A stretch of 64,000 nucleotides of DNA, taken from assembly GCF_001194135.2 (NCBI RefSeq), contig NC_068985.1, forward strand, positions 26,020,919 through 26,084,918, read 5' to 3'. The position numbers were made by a program, and so were the translations under genes. Positions 52,005 to 64,000 of the stretch are shown piece by piece. The stretch comes from Octopus bimaculoides. Its lineage: Eukaryota. Below the pieces are notes generated by a model. The model saw only the letters and a list, made by a program, of their open reading frames with translations, did no database searches and was not told the DNA's origin. Positions within the stretch are counted from its first letter, which is position 1, and each line of letters starts with the position of its first letter.

Positions 52005-52160
52005 GCAAGAATGACTGTGTTGTTCAGAAGTTTGCTTCCCAACCACATGGTTCTATGTTCAGCCCCTTTGCATGGTACCTTGGGCAAGTGTCTTCTACTA
52101 TAGCCATAGGCCAGCCACAGACTTGTGACTGAATTTGGTAGACAGAAACTGCAGTGTTGT
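52005..52160 (+). mobile_element. SINE 5' fragment
   Basis: agaagtttgcttcccaaccacatggttctatgttcagccc...ccttgggcaagtgtcttctactatagcc, as at 8870-9010 and 39785-39927. Confidence 0.7.
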
Positions 52161-53649
52161 TCATCAGAAAATGACTGAAAAACATGTTTATAAAGAAGAG
52201 TTGTTTGCTTCATACTCCTCGTGTGCTGATTCTGCCCATAAGAAAGGAACAATTAATACAATGTGGTTGTAGGTTATAACACCCAGGAAATGTCAAGGTG
52301 CATTGCTAGTCAATTAATAAATCATTGGAAAGAAGTAGTTCCTTTCATAAGTACAAGGTTTCGTATGTATATTAAAGAGCAGGAACAAGATGTTAATGAT
52401 GCTCATTTGTTTCTTAAAGGCATTAGAAATAAGACATCATCATTTTAAGTCCATTTTCCATTCTGGAATGAGGCATTAGTGGTTTAGTGGTGCAACTAAG
52501 AACTGAAACTTCCTTGTAGACTGAGCCAATCAGAAGTTTACATCATCTCTTGTTTAAATGCAGCCATGTCCTGAGATTTTTCAAATAAGCTTTGCTACTA
52601 CAATCTACAGATTGTATATAATTAGAATTTGTTTTCTTTATTTCATTAGCTGCTAACTCAACAGACCAGAATATTACTCAAGAGGTGAAGGCTTCAGTTT
52701 CAGTCACCAGTATTACATCATATTCTTGGATAATATATATTATTCTGCTTGCCTTAAATCTCCTGGTTGGAATGTAGATATATATATATATATACACACA
52801 TATGTATATCATACTTTAAGATAAAGCATTAGAAAATGTGAGTATCCAGCCACAAAATACTTGCTAAATGAACTTATTAAACCTTCTTAATAACCTATTT
52901 GCTTCATCTATGGGAGAGTTGCAATTGGTTGTATTGACAGGGCTGACCGCCTTCTAGTTTAAGGGTTTATATCTATTTTGCCACTTATGCAGTCCCATGT
53001 CCCTGACAACGATTTTTAACTCTTCTTGGTCTAATGCACTTAAGTGTAAAACTGGAAATATATGAAAATATATTGGAATGTTATTTGGCAATAGAAGTAG
53101 TGAACAATCAGCAAGTGTGTCAGCTTGTATTGATACCTTCAAATTCTCCCGTAAATAAAATTTGTAATAGACTAACATACTACCCAAGTGAAGATATGTA
53201 TCTTGACCACTTTATTCCTAAAAGAAAATTGGTTAATTCATCTTCTGAGAATGTCACACATAAAAGGAATGTTGACTTTTTTTTTTAATCTTAGTTTTAA
53301 CATTTGTTTTTTCATAGTAGCATGAATTAGAAATATAGATATTTGTAAATGGATTATTGGAATAAATATTTTAAAATAAAGGTTCAATTAAAACTAGATA
53401 AGATACCAGTCCAAAAATGTAAACAGATTCAAACCAACATTTTGGTTAAATTAGTCAAAGAAATAAAATATTGTATCTGGCTCTGCCTTTGGCAAGAGTT
53501 TCAATGCTTCACTTTGTATTTAGTAAACTAGCACAAGAAACTCACATTTTGATTTCCTTAGAAATACATGTAGTTTTCCTGATTTTTTATTAACTTATAT
53601 AATATCTCTTATCATTATTGGATAAAGTCTTTATTTCATTTTTCTTCAG

Positions 53650-54920
53650 ATAACTTGGCAGTACCAGTGAAGGGTATATTTATGCAAAAGGTTCAAACGT
53701 CTTCAAACCACCAAAATGATTCCAAGAATCCAAAGAGTTTAAAACAATCATCAACCCAACAAAGGAGGCAGAACATCATTAAAAGATCTATTTTTCACAA
53801 TCATGCCTCCGCATCTGCACCTCTTAAAAAACCAAGAGCTCTGAGAAACAACACAGCTAATTTAATCAATTCAGTAATACCACAATTAACAGCATTTAAG
53901 CAATCAAGTCATGAGCCAAAAGGTAGTTTAAAACATCCATTTTCTGATTATAAATCTCATGTACAGATGCTTGATAATGGCTTTAGAACACTTTCAAAGA
54001 AAGACACATCTCACCTACAAACAATAACTAATTCAGAAATGTCTCATTCTCAAGACAGAAACAAAATACCAAATACAAATATTGGTATAAAGTCAACTGT
54101 ATATGCAATGCCAAATAATGGATACACTACACCTTCCACTAAATACAAGTTTTACACACTAAGACAAAATGGTAAAAGTTATTCAAGATTACCAAGCAAA
54201 CTGCTACAATTGCTTCAATATAACCATTTGAATCTTTATGCTGGGAAAAATGTACCATTTGAAAGTTTTAGAAAGTTATCACCAATACTTTACAATCCCT
54301 CTGTGCCTTTTAGTATACAACAATCTAGACCTTACATACTTCAACAAATACCAGTAATGAATTTTGAAAGGCCAGTTACTAGAGATGGTCCTTACATAGT
54401 AGAACCAGGACTACATTATCTTTATCAGCTACCACCATCAGGATATGAAACTCATATTTCAGAAACAGTACCAATTGGTGCAAACCAGATATATATGACC
54501 AACAGAGGTAAAGTGTCTTATAACCAGTTTGGAACCTACAACCAAGGTAAAACGTTATTGAGTAAACCTCCTGTTAAATATAATTCTACATTAAAGCCAT
54601 TACTTAATCTTGAAAAAAACTCGAAAATTTTGAATTCCCTCAATTTAAAACACACTAACAAAATTGAACCAAAGACTAAAAATGTGTACATATCAAAAAT
54701 TATTCCTGAATCAAATGATATTACCAGAAGAAATAAAAAAACAATTAGCAAAGATGTTAAAACTGCACTTACAAGAAATTCAGAGGGGATACATTTGGAT
54801 TCCAATTCTACAAGTAAAAGAGGTATAAGAGGGATTTTTTCATTACAAAATGAACGAGCAAAAAAATTTTCTTTGCATAATTATCATGATTCTGGTTATG
54901 AAAATAATCACAATAGATAG
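53650..54920 (+). CDS. terminal exon 3 of giant repeat protein (basic, Asn/Ser/Tyr/Pro-rich)
   Basis: tttcatttttcttcag acceptor; G|AT joins exon 2 in frame; 1271 nt to TAG; AATAAA at 55219 and 55346. Joined CDS is 8244 nt (2747 aa). Confidence 0.85.
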
Positions 54921-54968
54921 AAACAGAAATATATTTCTTAGAAAATGCATATATGCATACACACACAT

Positions 54969-55004
<36 letters not shown>

Positions 55005-55124
55005 GCACGCGCAGACACACACACAAACACACACACACATTAGTATGTAATATGTGTAAGGCTATAATAACATATATTCATACAAGTATTTGTTTGTATT
55101 TGTATGAATGTACTTATGTGTGTA

Positions 55125-55157
<33 letters not shown>

Positions 55158-55520
55158 TCAGAAATACATGTCAATTCATATTTAATAATATCTAAGAGCA
55201 ATAAGATTACTAATTTAAAATAAATAATTATCAAATTGTACTGATGAACCAAGATAATTAAGCTTAATTAATCCACATGCTAAATGAAACAATTCTGTTA
55301 AAAATTCTGAAAATCATAATGGCAAAATAAGTTGGTTTTTTTTGCAATAAATATTCTGCTTAGAAAAATAATATCAATATTTTATTAAGCTTTACGATCA
55401 ATGTTTAACTGTAAATTAATGCAAAAAGATTATAATCTTCAAAAAAAAAAATACAATAGTAAAATATCAGTTTCTTAGTAAAAGATACAAGGCCTTGTAT
55501 ATTTTCGTTCCTTATTTTAT

Positions 55521-55889
55521 CTTTTATGTTTTACTTGTTTCAGTCTTTGGATTACAGTGAAACTAAGTACTGCCTCGAAGAGTTTAGTGGAGTAAATGGA
55601 CCCCTGTGCTTATTTTTGAGTCTGGTGCCTATTCTATTGGTCCTTTTTGCCACACCACTAGGTTACAGGGATGTCAGCAAACAAACACCAGGTTGTCAAG
55701 CAGTGAGAGTGGCAGGAGGAACAAATACAAAAACATGCATGTACATATATACATGATGGACTTCCACACAGTTTCCTTCTACCAAATTCACTTGCAAGGC
55801 ATTTGTCAGCTTGGGGCTACAATGGGATGGAACTTGAAACCATGTGGTTGCAAAACAAGCTTCTTAACCACACAGCCATGCCTGCACCT
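55521..55889 (-). mobile_element. SINE
   Basis: Reverse complement of the 1..333 family, including the tRNA-like head at about 55830-55889. Confidence 0.75.
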
Positions 55890-56237
55890 GAGAAAGGTTA
55901 TAATCAATTGAATCAACTAGTATCCATTAAGGGTATAAATACTGGAGAGATGACGGATCAGGTTAAATACATCATTTGAATTCAGAAAGTAAAGAGGACA
56001 AGAACTAAAATAGAAATTATGGAAAGAAACAATATGGTCAGATTTCTCAAAATATTGGTACCCACTGATGAGGTAATTACAGGACCGAGAATGACAGTAT
56101 GTCATACTACAGACTCATCTAAATAATGCCAGCAGAGGAAAATGGATGCTAAAATAACATTCATGATGATAAGAGTAGTGGTTGTAATGATGTTGTTATT
56201 GGTGGTGGTGGTGGTGGTGGTACCTGAATCAAACCAG

Positions 56238-56820
56238 GACGAATCGAATCACCAGTCTGTGACTATATATAAATTGTGTAAAATCTATTTACTGATATGC
56301 CATGGTGATGCATATGTAAGATTAAATTCTATAACGAATTAAAAGCGGGAATAGTGTTGTTAACATTATCAACCAGACATACTCAATGTATGTTTTGTTT
56401 ATTCGCTGGTTCATTGTATGGTGCCTGGAGAACAACTCCCTCATTATGCTGGGTGTTAATGTTTACAACACTATTGCTGCTGTTAATTTATTATTGAATT
56501 TAATTTTACGTATGCATTAACATGACATGCCAGCAAATAGATTTTATGCAATTTATATATAGTGATAGCCTGGCAATTCTGTTCATCCCCAGTTAAATTC
56601 AGGTACATGATGTTGATAAGCCCCAAAAATGGCAAAATATCAATATCCATCACTCCTGAATTCAATCAGAGGCAAATTGTCTCACCTGTCTGACTTTCAG
56701 GTGTTTTAGCACCCAGCATAATGAGGGAGTCATCCACCAGGTGGTATACCACAGGGAGCCAGCAAATAAACAAGACAAGTATGTGCAGTCGATAATGTTT
56801 AATTCATTATTGAATTTAAT
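56238..56820. repeat. nested inverted repeats (A-B-A'-spacer-B')
   Basis: 56238..56367 pairs with 56458..56587; about 56320..56457 pairs with 56706..56820. Confidence 0.85.
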
Positions 56821-56829
56821 ATATATGAA

Positions 56830-56860
<31 letters not shown>

Positions 56861-57228
56861 ANNNNNNNNNNNNNNNNNNNNNNNNNNNNNNNNNNNNNNN
56901 NNNNNNNNNNNNNNNNNNNNNNNNNNNNNNNNNNNNNNNNNNNNNNNNNNNNNNNNNNNNNNNNNNNNNNNNNNNNNNNNNNNNNNNNNNNNNNNNNNNN
57001 NNNNNNNNNNNNNNNNNNNNNNNNNNNNNNNNNNNNNNNNNNNNNNNNNNNNNNNNNNNNNNNNNNNNNNNNNNNNNNNNNNNNNNNNNNNNNNNNNNNN
57101 NNNNNNNNNNNNNNNNNNNNNNNNNNNNNNNNNNNNNNNNNNNNNNNNGTGATCTTTGCTACCCTGGTATCTAGTAACCAATCTATTTTGTCGGAGTTAA
57201 TTATTAACTAAGAGAAAATAAATACATA

Positions 57229-57272
<44 letters not shown>

Positions 57273-57599
57273 AAGATGTGCTGATTGCTAAATGTTGATG
57301 GAACCTATAGATAAAGAAGACCCAGGAAAATATAGTATATAAATGGTCAAGAATGATCTCCAGATGTTGAGCCTCATGGAGGATATGACAAAGGACTGAA
57401 ATGGTTGACAAAACTCAGGGAGGGTGATGGACAGTTTTGATGCTTATCCCTGTCAAGTAGTTGGTTACCAGTTTGGAATTGTGGATTGGTGCATTGTCCT
57501 AGTGTAGGTACCACCAGTTTGAGTGGAAGGGTTCTGGCCCTTTGTGACAAAATCTCTTCCTGAACTTCCTCCAAACTTCTACAAAATACTCTTTGTTGT

Positions 57600-58260
57600 C
57601 TGTCCGGCCAGAGGGAATCCAGTGAATGTAAATGACGCTCTTGCGACTGAAAAAGAGGATCATCATAAGCTTCCCAGAGGACTTACTTTGCCTGGCCTTC
57701 TTGGATCTGGGGGAGCCATGATGCCTCCATTGGGCACTTGATCTCTAGATCATAACAGTGGACCCAGCTTTTGTTACAGGTCACCGGAGACTCAAGTATT
57801 TATGGATTGGAGGTAATGAGTTCAACTATCTCCTGTTGTCACCAACGCACCTTTCTTTCAGTTCATCATCAAACACTCTGAGAACTTTGCACAAAGTTCA
57901 CATCTTCATGAATAATTGTGTACAGTTGTCACACAAACTTCAAATTGTATGCTTATTGCCATTATAGAAAACCTTCATCTATAAAATTGTGAAATTGCTC
58001 AACAAGCTCTGATGACCAGATGTCCCACTCCTTCCCACACCTCTCAACTGTCCTTGAACATCTTGTACCAGTGAAAAACAGATGCTTAGCTCATACAAGT
58101 TAATCCATTACTAGCTGGAGCATTTCATAATTTGATGTAGCATTTTTACCCTGTTTAACACAAAACTTTATTGCATAGCAAAACTTCCAAATTGTCTTCA
58201 TGTCATGACTGCATTCTGCAAACTAGTCAGCTGTGGCAAGCAGTGTTCAGTAGGGTGTGT
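57600..58260 (-). mobile_element. mariner 5' part, degenerate
   Basis: Minus strand gives YAIKFCVKQGKNATSNYEML (HTH start) and VTCNKSWVHCYDLE (VTGDESW-like). Confidence 0.65.
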
Positions 58261-59406
58261 TCAAAGTGCTGTTACAGCAATCCTCTTCAATCTGGAATAA
58301 TAAAAGTTGGCAGGTCAGCTTATTAGGTGTATAGTAATGATATATACTAAAATTACAATAATCTAGGTGATTATAACTGTATCTCCTGAAAGTCTCAAAC
58401 CTTCTGGGATGCACGTTGCATTTTTATGCTCCTACATCCAGTCTATCCCTAACCAACCTACCCTCCCTTCCATTCCCACAACTCATGTCTATGCACCCAA
58501 CCCATTCCTGATGAACACCACCTCCCAGCATAGACCATTTTCCTATCACCAATTTTTCTCACAACTCATCTTCCTAACACCCATCAGTTCATCACCCTTT
58601 TAACTACAGAGCTACCAATTAAACTCTGTAATTTTGAGACCCCTACCTTCTCCGCACACTCTCAGTATCATCCCTTATCTCTCTATATCTGCTGAACATT
58701 TCTTTCACCTCCCCTTCACCTGTACACCTCCTCCTTTTCCAAGCAGTAGCCCTTCCAACCCCGCCCCCATATATGGCATTAGAAACGCCATATACCTCTG
58801 ACTTTCCCCTAGCACTGTGCATCACTTTTGCACACGACCCTCCACTCACTACACATCATCTTTACTGCCACCTATTACCTCCCTGACCCAAACCCACTTC
58901 CTCTGCCTTTCCATCAGATATTCATGACTGACCTTGCCTCCACCCATGTTCATCACTCACTGCATCTCCCTCTATCCATCTGCTACTTGCCTCTCACACT
59001 CCCATGAACTTCCCCACTCATACCACTTCTCTTTATTCACCTTCTTGTAACTTAAGAAAATGCCCTGATACATCTTCACCATCCTCCATTATTCCAATCA
59101 GGGTAACCATGTATCTCTCCGGCAGCAAGACACCTGTTCCTGTCCACCACCATAATTTAATATCTCATCACCTAGCATAAAGCCACCTCACGACTCAGCT
59201 GTCTTGTCCTGCTAGTTACTTGATAACCTCATGAGTGCCAGTATCGTGTACAAGCACCAGTACAATCTGTAAAGTGGTTGGTGTTAGGATGAGCATCTAG
59301 ATGTAGAAACAATGTCAAAGCAGACATTATAACTTAGCATGGTTTCTACAGCCAACTCCTTTCAAACCATCAAACCCATACCAGCATGGAAAATGAATGT
59401 TAAATG

Positions 59407-59442
<36 letters not shown>

Positions 59443-59445
<3 letters not shown>

Positions 59446-60790
59446 TCATCATCATCATTTAATGCCTGCTGTCCATGCTGGCATGGGCTAGATGATTTGA
59501 CCAGGGCTGGCAAGCTGAAAGGCTGCACCAGACTCCAGTCTGATTTTGGCATGGTTTCTATGGCTGGATGCTCTAATACCAACCAATCCGAGAATGTAAT
59601 GGGTGCTTTTGCATTCCACCAGCACGGATGCCATTTGTGTGACACCAGTATCTGCCACGACTGCAATTTTACTTGGTTTGATGGGTCTTCTTCTCAAGCA
59701 CAACATAATGCCAAAGGTCTTGGTCATTTGTCATTGCCTCTGTGAGGCCCAACACCTTAAAGGAGCTTTTCATATGCCACTTTGCCTCTGTTAGGCCCAA
59801 CGCTCAAAAGGTGCATTTTATGTGCCACCAGCCACGACTACAATTCCACTTGGCTTGACAGGTTTTCTCAAGCACAGTAAATCGCCAAAGGTCTTGGTCA
59901 CTAGCCATTGCCTATTTGAGGCCCAGAGTTCAAAGATCATGCTTCACCACTCATCCCATGTCTTCCTGGGTCTACCTCTACTACAGCTTCACTCCACAGT
60001 TTGAGATTGGCACTTCTTTACACAGCTGCCCTCATCCATATACATCACATGACCATACCAGCACAGTTGTCTCTCTTGCACACTACATCTGATGCCTCTT
60101 ATGCCCAACTTTTCTCGAAAGATGCTTACACTCTGTTGAACATGCACATTGACATTGCACATCCAGTAAAGCATACTGGCTTCATTTCTTTCCAGCCTAC
60201 CAATGTCCTCAGCTGTCACAGCCCATGTTTCGCTGCAGTGTAGCATAGCTGTTTGCACACAGGTATCTTACAATCTGCCTTTCACTCTGAGGGAAAGACC
60301 CTTTGTTGCCAGCAGAGGCAGGAACTCTCTGAACTTTGACCAGCCCATTCTTAAACTGTTACACTCTTGGAGCATCCATCTCCACTACTAACTTGCTCAC
60401 CTAGATAATGGAAGCTATCTACTACCTCTAGCTTACCCCACTGGCAGTTAGAGTCTATTTTCTGTACATTTTTGGTGTTTATTGTACCTGTGCATCTTCC
60501 ACATACACAAGCTATTTTCCCTGTTAACCTTCCTCTGATATTGCTGCACCTCTTATGTGTCCATAGCTTACACTGGGTACATCTTATGAAGTTTCTACCT
60601 ATGCCTTTTCTACAGACTGAGCAGGGCCATCTACCTGAAGGGACTTGCGATTTGTCTGCCTTTCTACTTACTAAGACTTTGGTTTTTGCTCGGTTAACTT
60701 TAAGGCTCTTCAATTCTTGCTTCCATACCTGAAACTTCTTCTCTAGTTCTGGTAGTGATTCAGCTATTGTCAATAGATCATATATCTGAA
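59443..60790 (-). mobile_element. 5'-truncated RTE LINE with tail
   Basis: LKVNRAKTKVLV...SGRWPCSVCRKGIGRNFIRCTQCKLWTHKRCS...AMLHCSETWAVTAEDIGRLERNEA, with (gat)n tail at 59443. Confidence 0.88.
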
Positions 60791-62220
60791 AGATATGCAC
60801 ACTCTAAACGGTTACATGCCCATGGCTATTTGAGTCTAAAGAGCTGTATATAAGACTTAGCACTTTATGGATGCAAAACCATTGGTCACTCTATGACTGG
60901 CTGTATAATTAACTTCTTTATATATATATATATATATATATATATNNNNNNNNNNNNGTTATTTGTGACAATGACACTTCAAAGAGTTGTTGCAGCTACC
61001 ACTGTCTGTCCTTTTTTCTGACTTCCATTTTGCTTCCCTTAATCATTTATACAACTTTTGGAGTGCCATAGATTGAAAGATTAAAACTTTCCCAATATTT
61101 TTATATTTTTTTTGAATCACAGGTACTTGATTTTTTTTTTTTTTTCTTAAAGGGGAAAATTATATTATTTAAAATAAAATATTAAACTTTATGTTAAGTT
61201 TGTTATCTTAATCAAAACCAAGTTGCTGTTCAAACAATGATAACAAAATTAGTCCATATATAATGAGTAGGCATAGTGGACCACCCAAAGCAGTTGCATC
61301 CATTTTAAGATTTTCAATTCATGAAAGAGAACCTACAATATTGAGACTGCAAGTTTATCTTGAACAAAGAATATTACTCAGAAATAATGAGGATATATAT
61401 GGCTGTCAATAAACAACATTGGCAGAATTCTTTTCATTGTGCATCAATGATGACTTAGCAAAAGCATTACTTTATGCTAAAGTACCCATGTATTTCATTT
61501 GGAACAGTAGTAACAAAGAATGGCAAAAAGTTTTCCAAGAAAAAATTCATGGTCATGTTAATGTTGTCATAACAAAAACCAGAGAACTGTATTAAAGAAT
61601 TTTAGTGCATGAAGTTCAAAATAGTATTTTTTCCTTTGCCACTGCACATCAACAGTTTTAACTTGGATTGGTTGTGACCCAACGTATCACAGGTTCATCT
61701 TGGGTGTGTGTGTGTGTATATATATATATATTATGGAGGGGGAGCACTAAGCAGTGATAAGTAGAGTTGTAATGTTATTATCAGCCCAAATATGCTTGAT
61801 GCACATATAGCGCTACCAGTCACTGTATGGTGACTGGAAAAGCATCGAGTCAATCTCTTCAATCAGCTCATAGCGTAGTCTGTCTAGTGTCTGTGACTGA
61901 AGAGGAGATAACTACTCCAAAATGCTAGCACCTCACAGTCTAGGTTGGTGGTACTGCAAGCTGATCTAAGTGTATACACACCATTTGTCAACAAGTGAGA
62001 TATATTCTCCATGACAAAACACAAACACAGTGATCAGCTTGTTCCCCAGTTTGAACATGCATCAAGCATATTCAGACTAATAACAACATATATATATATA
62101 GTAAAATTTCTTTGTGTATTGTATAGGCAGTAGTTTGAAGTACTCAGATAAAAGCCCAAGACAGAAAATATAAAAAATGTTAAGGAGAATTCAAATAGGT
62201 TCAACAATTTATATAAACAT

Positions 62221-63320
62221 ATATTGTACCATGGTTCGACATATACCAGTTTTTAAATATACAAATGTATCAATCATTAAAATATTGAAACATATTAAAA
62301 ACCTATGAATACATAAATATATAAAAATTTAATATACATAAATAGATGAATGAGATTAAGTTGTAAAAGTATAGCTGTATAAAAATAAATATAAAGACAT
62401 TTAGAATTACAATCATATTAAAAGGTTTTGTAAAATGACATTGTAGAAAATATTTTAATATAAATTTACCCTTACAAGAAGGTGAATAAAATAAAGTCTT
62501 TTGAAAAGAGCAAATAAAGAAAAATTATAGCGTTGAGATGAGATTTTTCAGAAAATATATGTAATTAATGTAAGAAAATTTTCTTAGATTAGTTACATAT
62601 ATTTACTGAAAAATCTAAATCTCAACGCTATGATTTTCCTTTATTTGCTTTTTTCATAAGGTTATTTTGTTCACAGTCTTGTAAGGTCATATTTTAAAAT
62701 ATTTTTTACAACACCTTTTAATACGATTGTAATTCTAAATGTCTTTATATNNNNNNNNNNNNNNNNNNNNNNNNNNNNNNNNNNNNNNNNNNNNNNNNNN
62801 NNNNNNNNNNNNNNNNNNNNNNNNNNNNNNNNNNNNNNNNNNNNNNNNNNNNNNNNNNNNNNNNNNNNNNNNNNNNNNNNNTATATATATATATATATAT
62901 ATTTATACAGCTATGCTTTTACAACTAAATCTCATTTGTCTATCAATATATGTATATTAAATTTTTATATGTGGAGGTGAGTGGCTTAATGGTTAGGGTG
63001 TCAGCATCATGATCGCAAGATTGTGGTTTCGATTCCTGGACTGGGCAACGTGTTGTTTTCTTGAGCAAAACACTTCATTTCACGTTGCTCCAGCCCACTC
63101 AGCTGGCAAAAATGAGTAACGCTGCGATGGACTGGCGTCCTGTCCAGCTGGGGAACACACGCCATTGAAACCGGGCCCATGAGCCTGGCTAGGCTTTAAA
63201 AGGGTGCAAAAAAAAATTTTTTTTTAATATATTTATGTATTCATAGATATTTAATGTTTTTAATAATTGATACATTTGTATATTTAAAAACTGATATACG
63301 TTGATCCACGGCACAATACT
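62221..63320. repeat. large spacerless imperfect palindrome (fold-back/MITE-like), arms about 350 bp
   Basis: Centre taagaaaa|ttttctta at 62578/62579. Arms can be matched across the N gap and across the SINE insertion in the right arm. Confidence 0.88.
62971..63216 (+). mobile_element. complete tRNA-derived SINE inserted in the palindrome arm
   Basis: A box gtggcttaatgg, B box ggtttcgattcc, central tgcgatggactggcgtcctgtccag, poly-A tail, T-rich TSD-like flanks. Confidence 0.88.
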
Positions 63321-63626
63321 TGCATGATAACACTTGTTTACACCTATCACAATATATCAAGACAAGTGTGATACTCAGGGGCAGAAATCTAGATTTTGCA
63401 ATTCCACTGCCACTGGACACTTTCCATTTGCTACTAATATACTTGTGCTTCTTAGCACTATATATATAAATATCTATGCAAGATACTTTCTCGAGATGAA
63501 TACCACAGTTTTATGGTTTTCTACAGTATATCCACATTAAGTAAAATATACAGAAATATATATATATATATATATGCGAGTAAAAATAAATACAAAAAAG
63601 GTGGGTTTTTTGTATGATTGTGTATG

Positions 63627-63670
<44 letters not shown>

Positions 63671-63894
63671 TTAGATTTTTGGGGCCAACCAATTTTGAAC
63701 AGTCTCAAGTGTAACAGGTCAAAACTGATGATAATTGGAAACTGACTGATGAATAGGCCACAAATGATCTGTCCTGGTTTTTCCTGTCCCTATGTCTTTA
63801 TTGTCATCCATTATATTCTTATTCCGTTTTTTTTTATTTATATATATAGCGGCGTATGTACACCTTTATACAAACACACACACACATACATACA

Positions 63895-64000
63895 GGTTTC
63901 AGTTTCTGCCTACCAAATCCACAGGCAAGACTTTGGTCAGCCAGGGGCTGTGAAAGACACTTGCCTAAGTTGCCATGCAGTGGTACTGAACTCAAAACCA
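63895..64000 (-). mobile_element. SINE fragment at window end
   Basis: Reverse complement of the ...cttgggcaagtgtctt...gtggatttggtaggcagaaactg family. Confidence 0.65.

Overview
AT-rich, microsatellite- and transposon-dense animal genomic DNA with six N gaps. The tRNA-derived SINEs, RTE tails ending in (GAT)n and (TA)n tracts match my recollection of Octopus repeats, so a coleoid cephalopod is inferred. No bacterial-type features are present. Hand-splicing gives (1) a 7-exon TBATA/SPATIAL-family gene on + (15849..29055, 373 aa) and (2) a 3-exon + strand gene (38068..54920). Gene 2 is predicted to encode a 2747-aa secreted protein with a signal peptide, a basic N-terminal region ending at a furin site, two blocks of octapeptide repeats (PGMLQNGM-type and PGTGQGVL-type, about 190 units in total) and a Tyr-rich basic tail bounded by KR sites. 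I do not recognise it as any known family, and it is the main candidate for a novel system. There is also (3) a tentative, unrecognised spliced gene on - (at least 5560..8461) head-to-head with TBATA. The rest is mariner/Tc1, RTE, R4/Dong, CR1-like, Penelope-like, Gypsy and Helentron-like remnants, SINEs and two large fold-back structures. All calls were made by eye; no searches were run.
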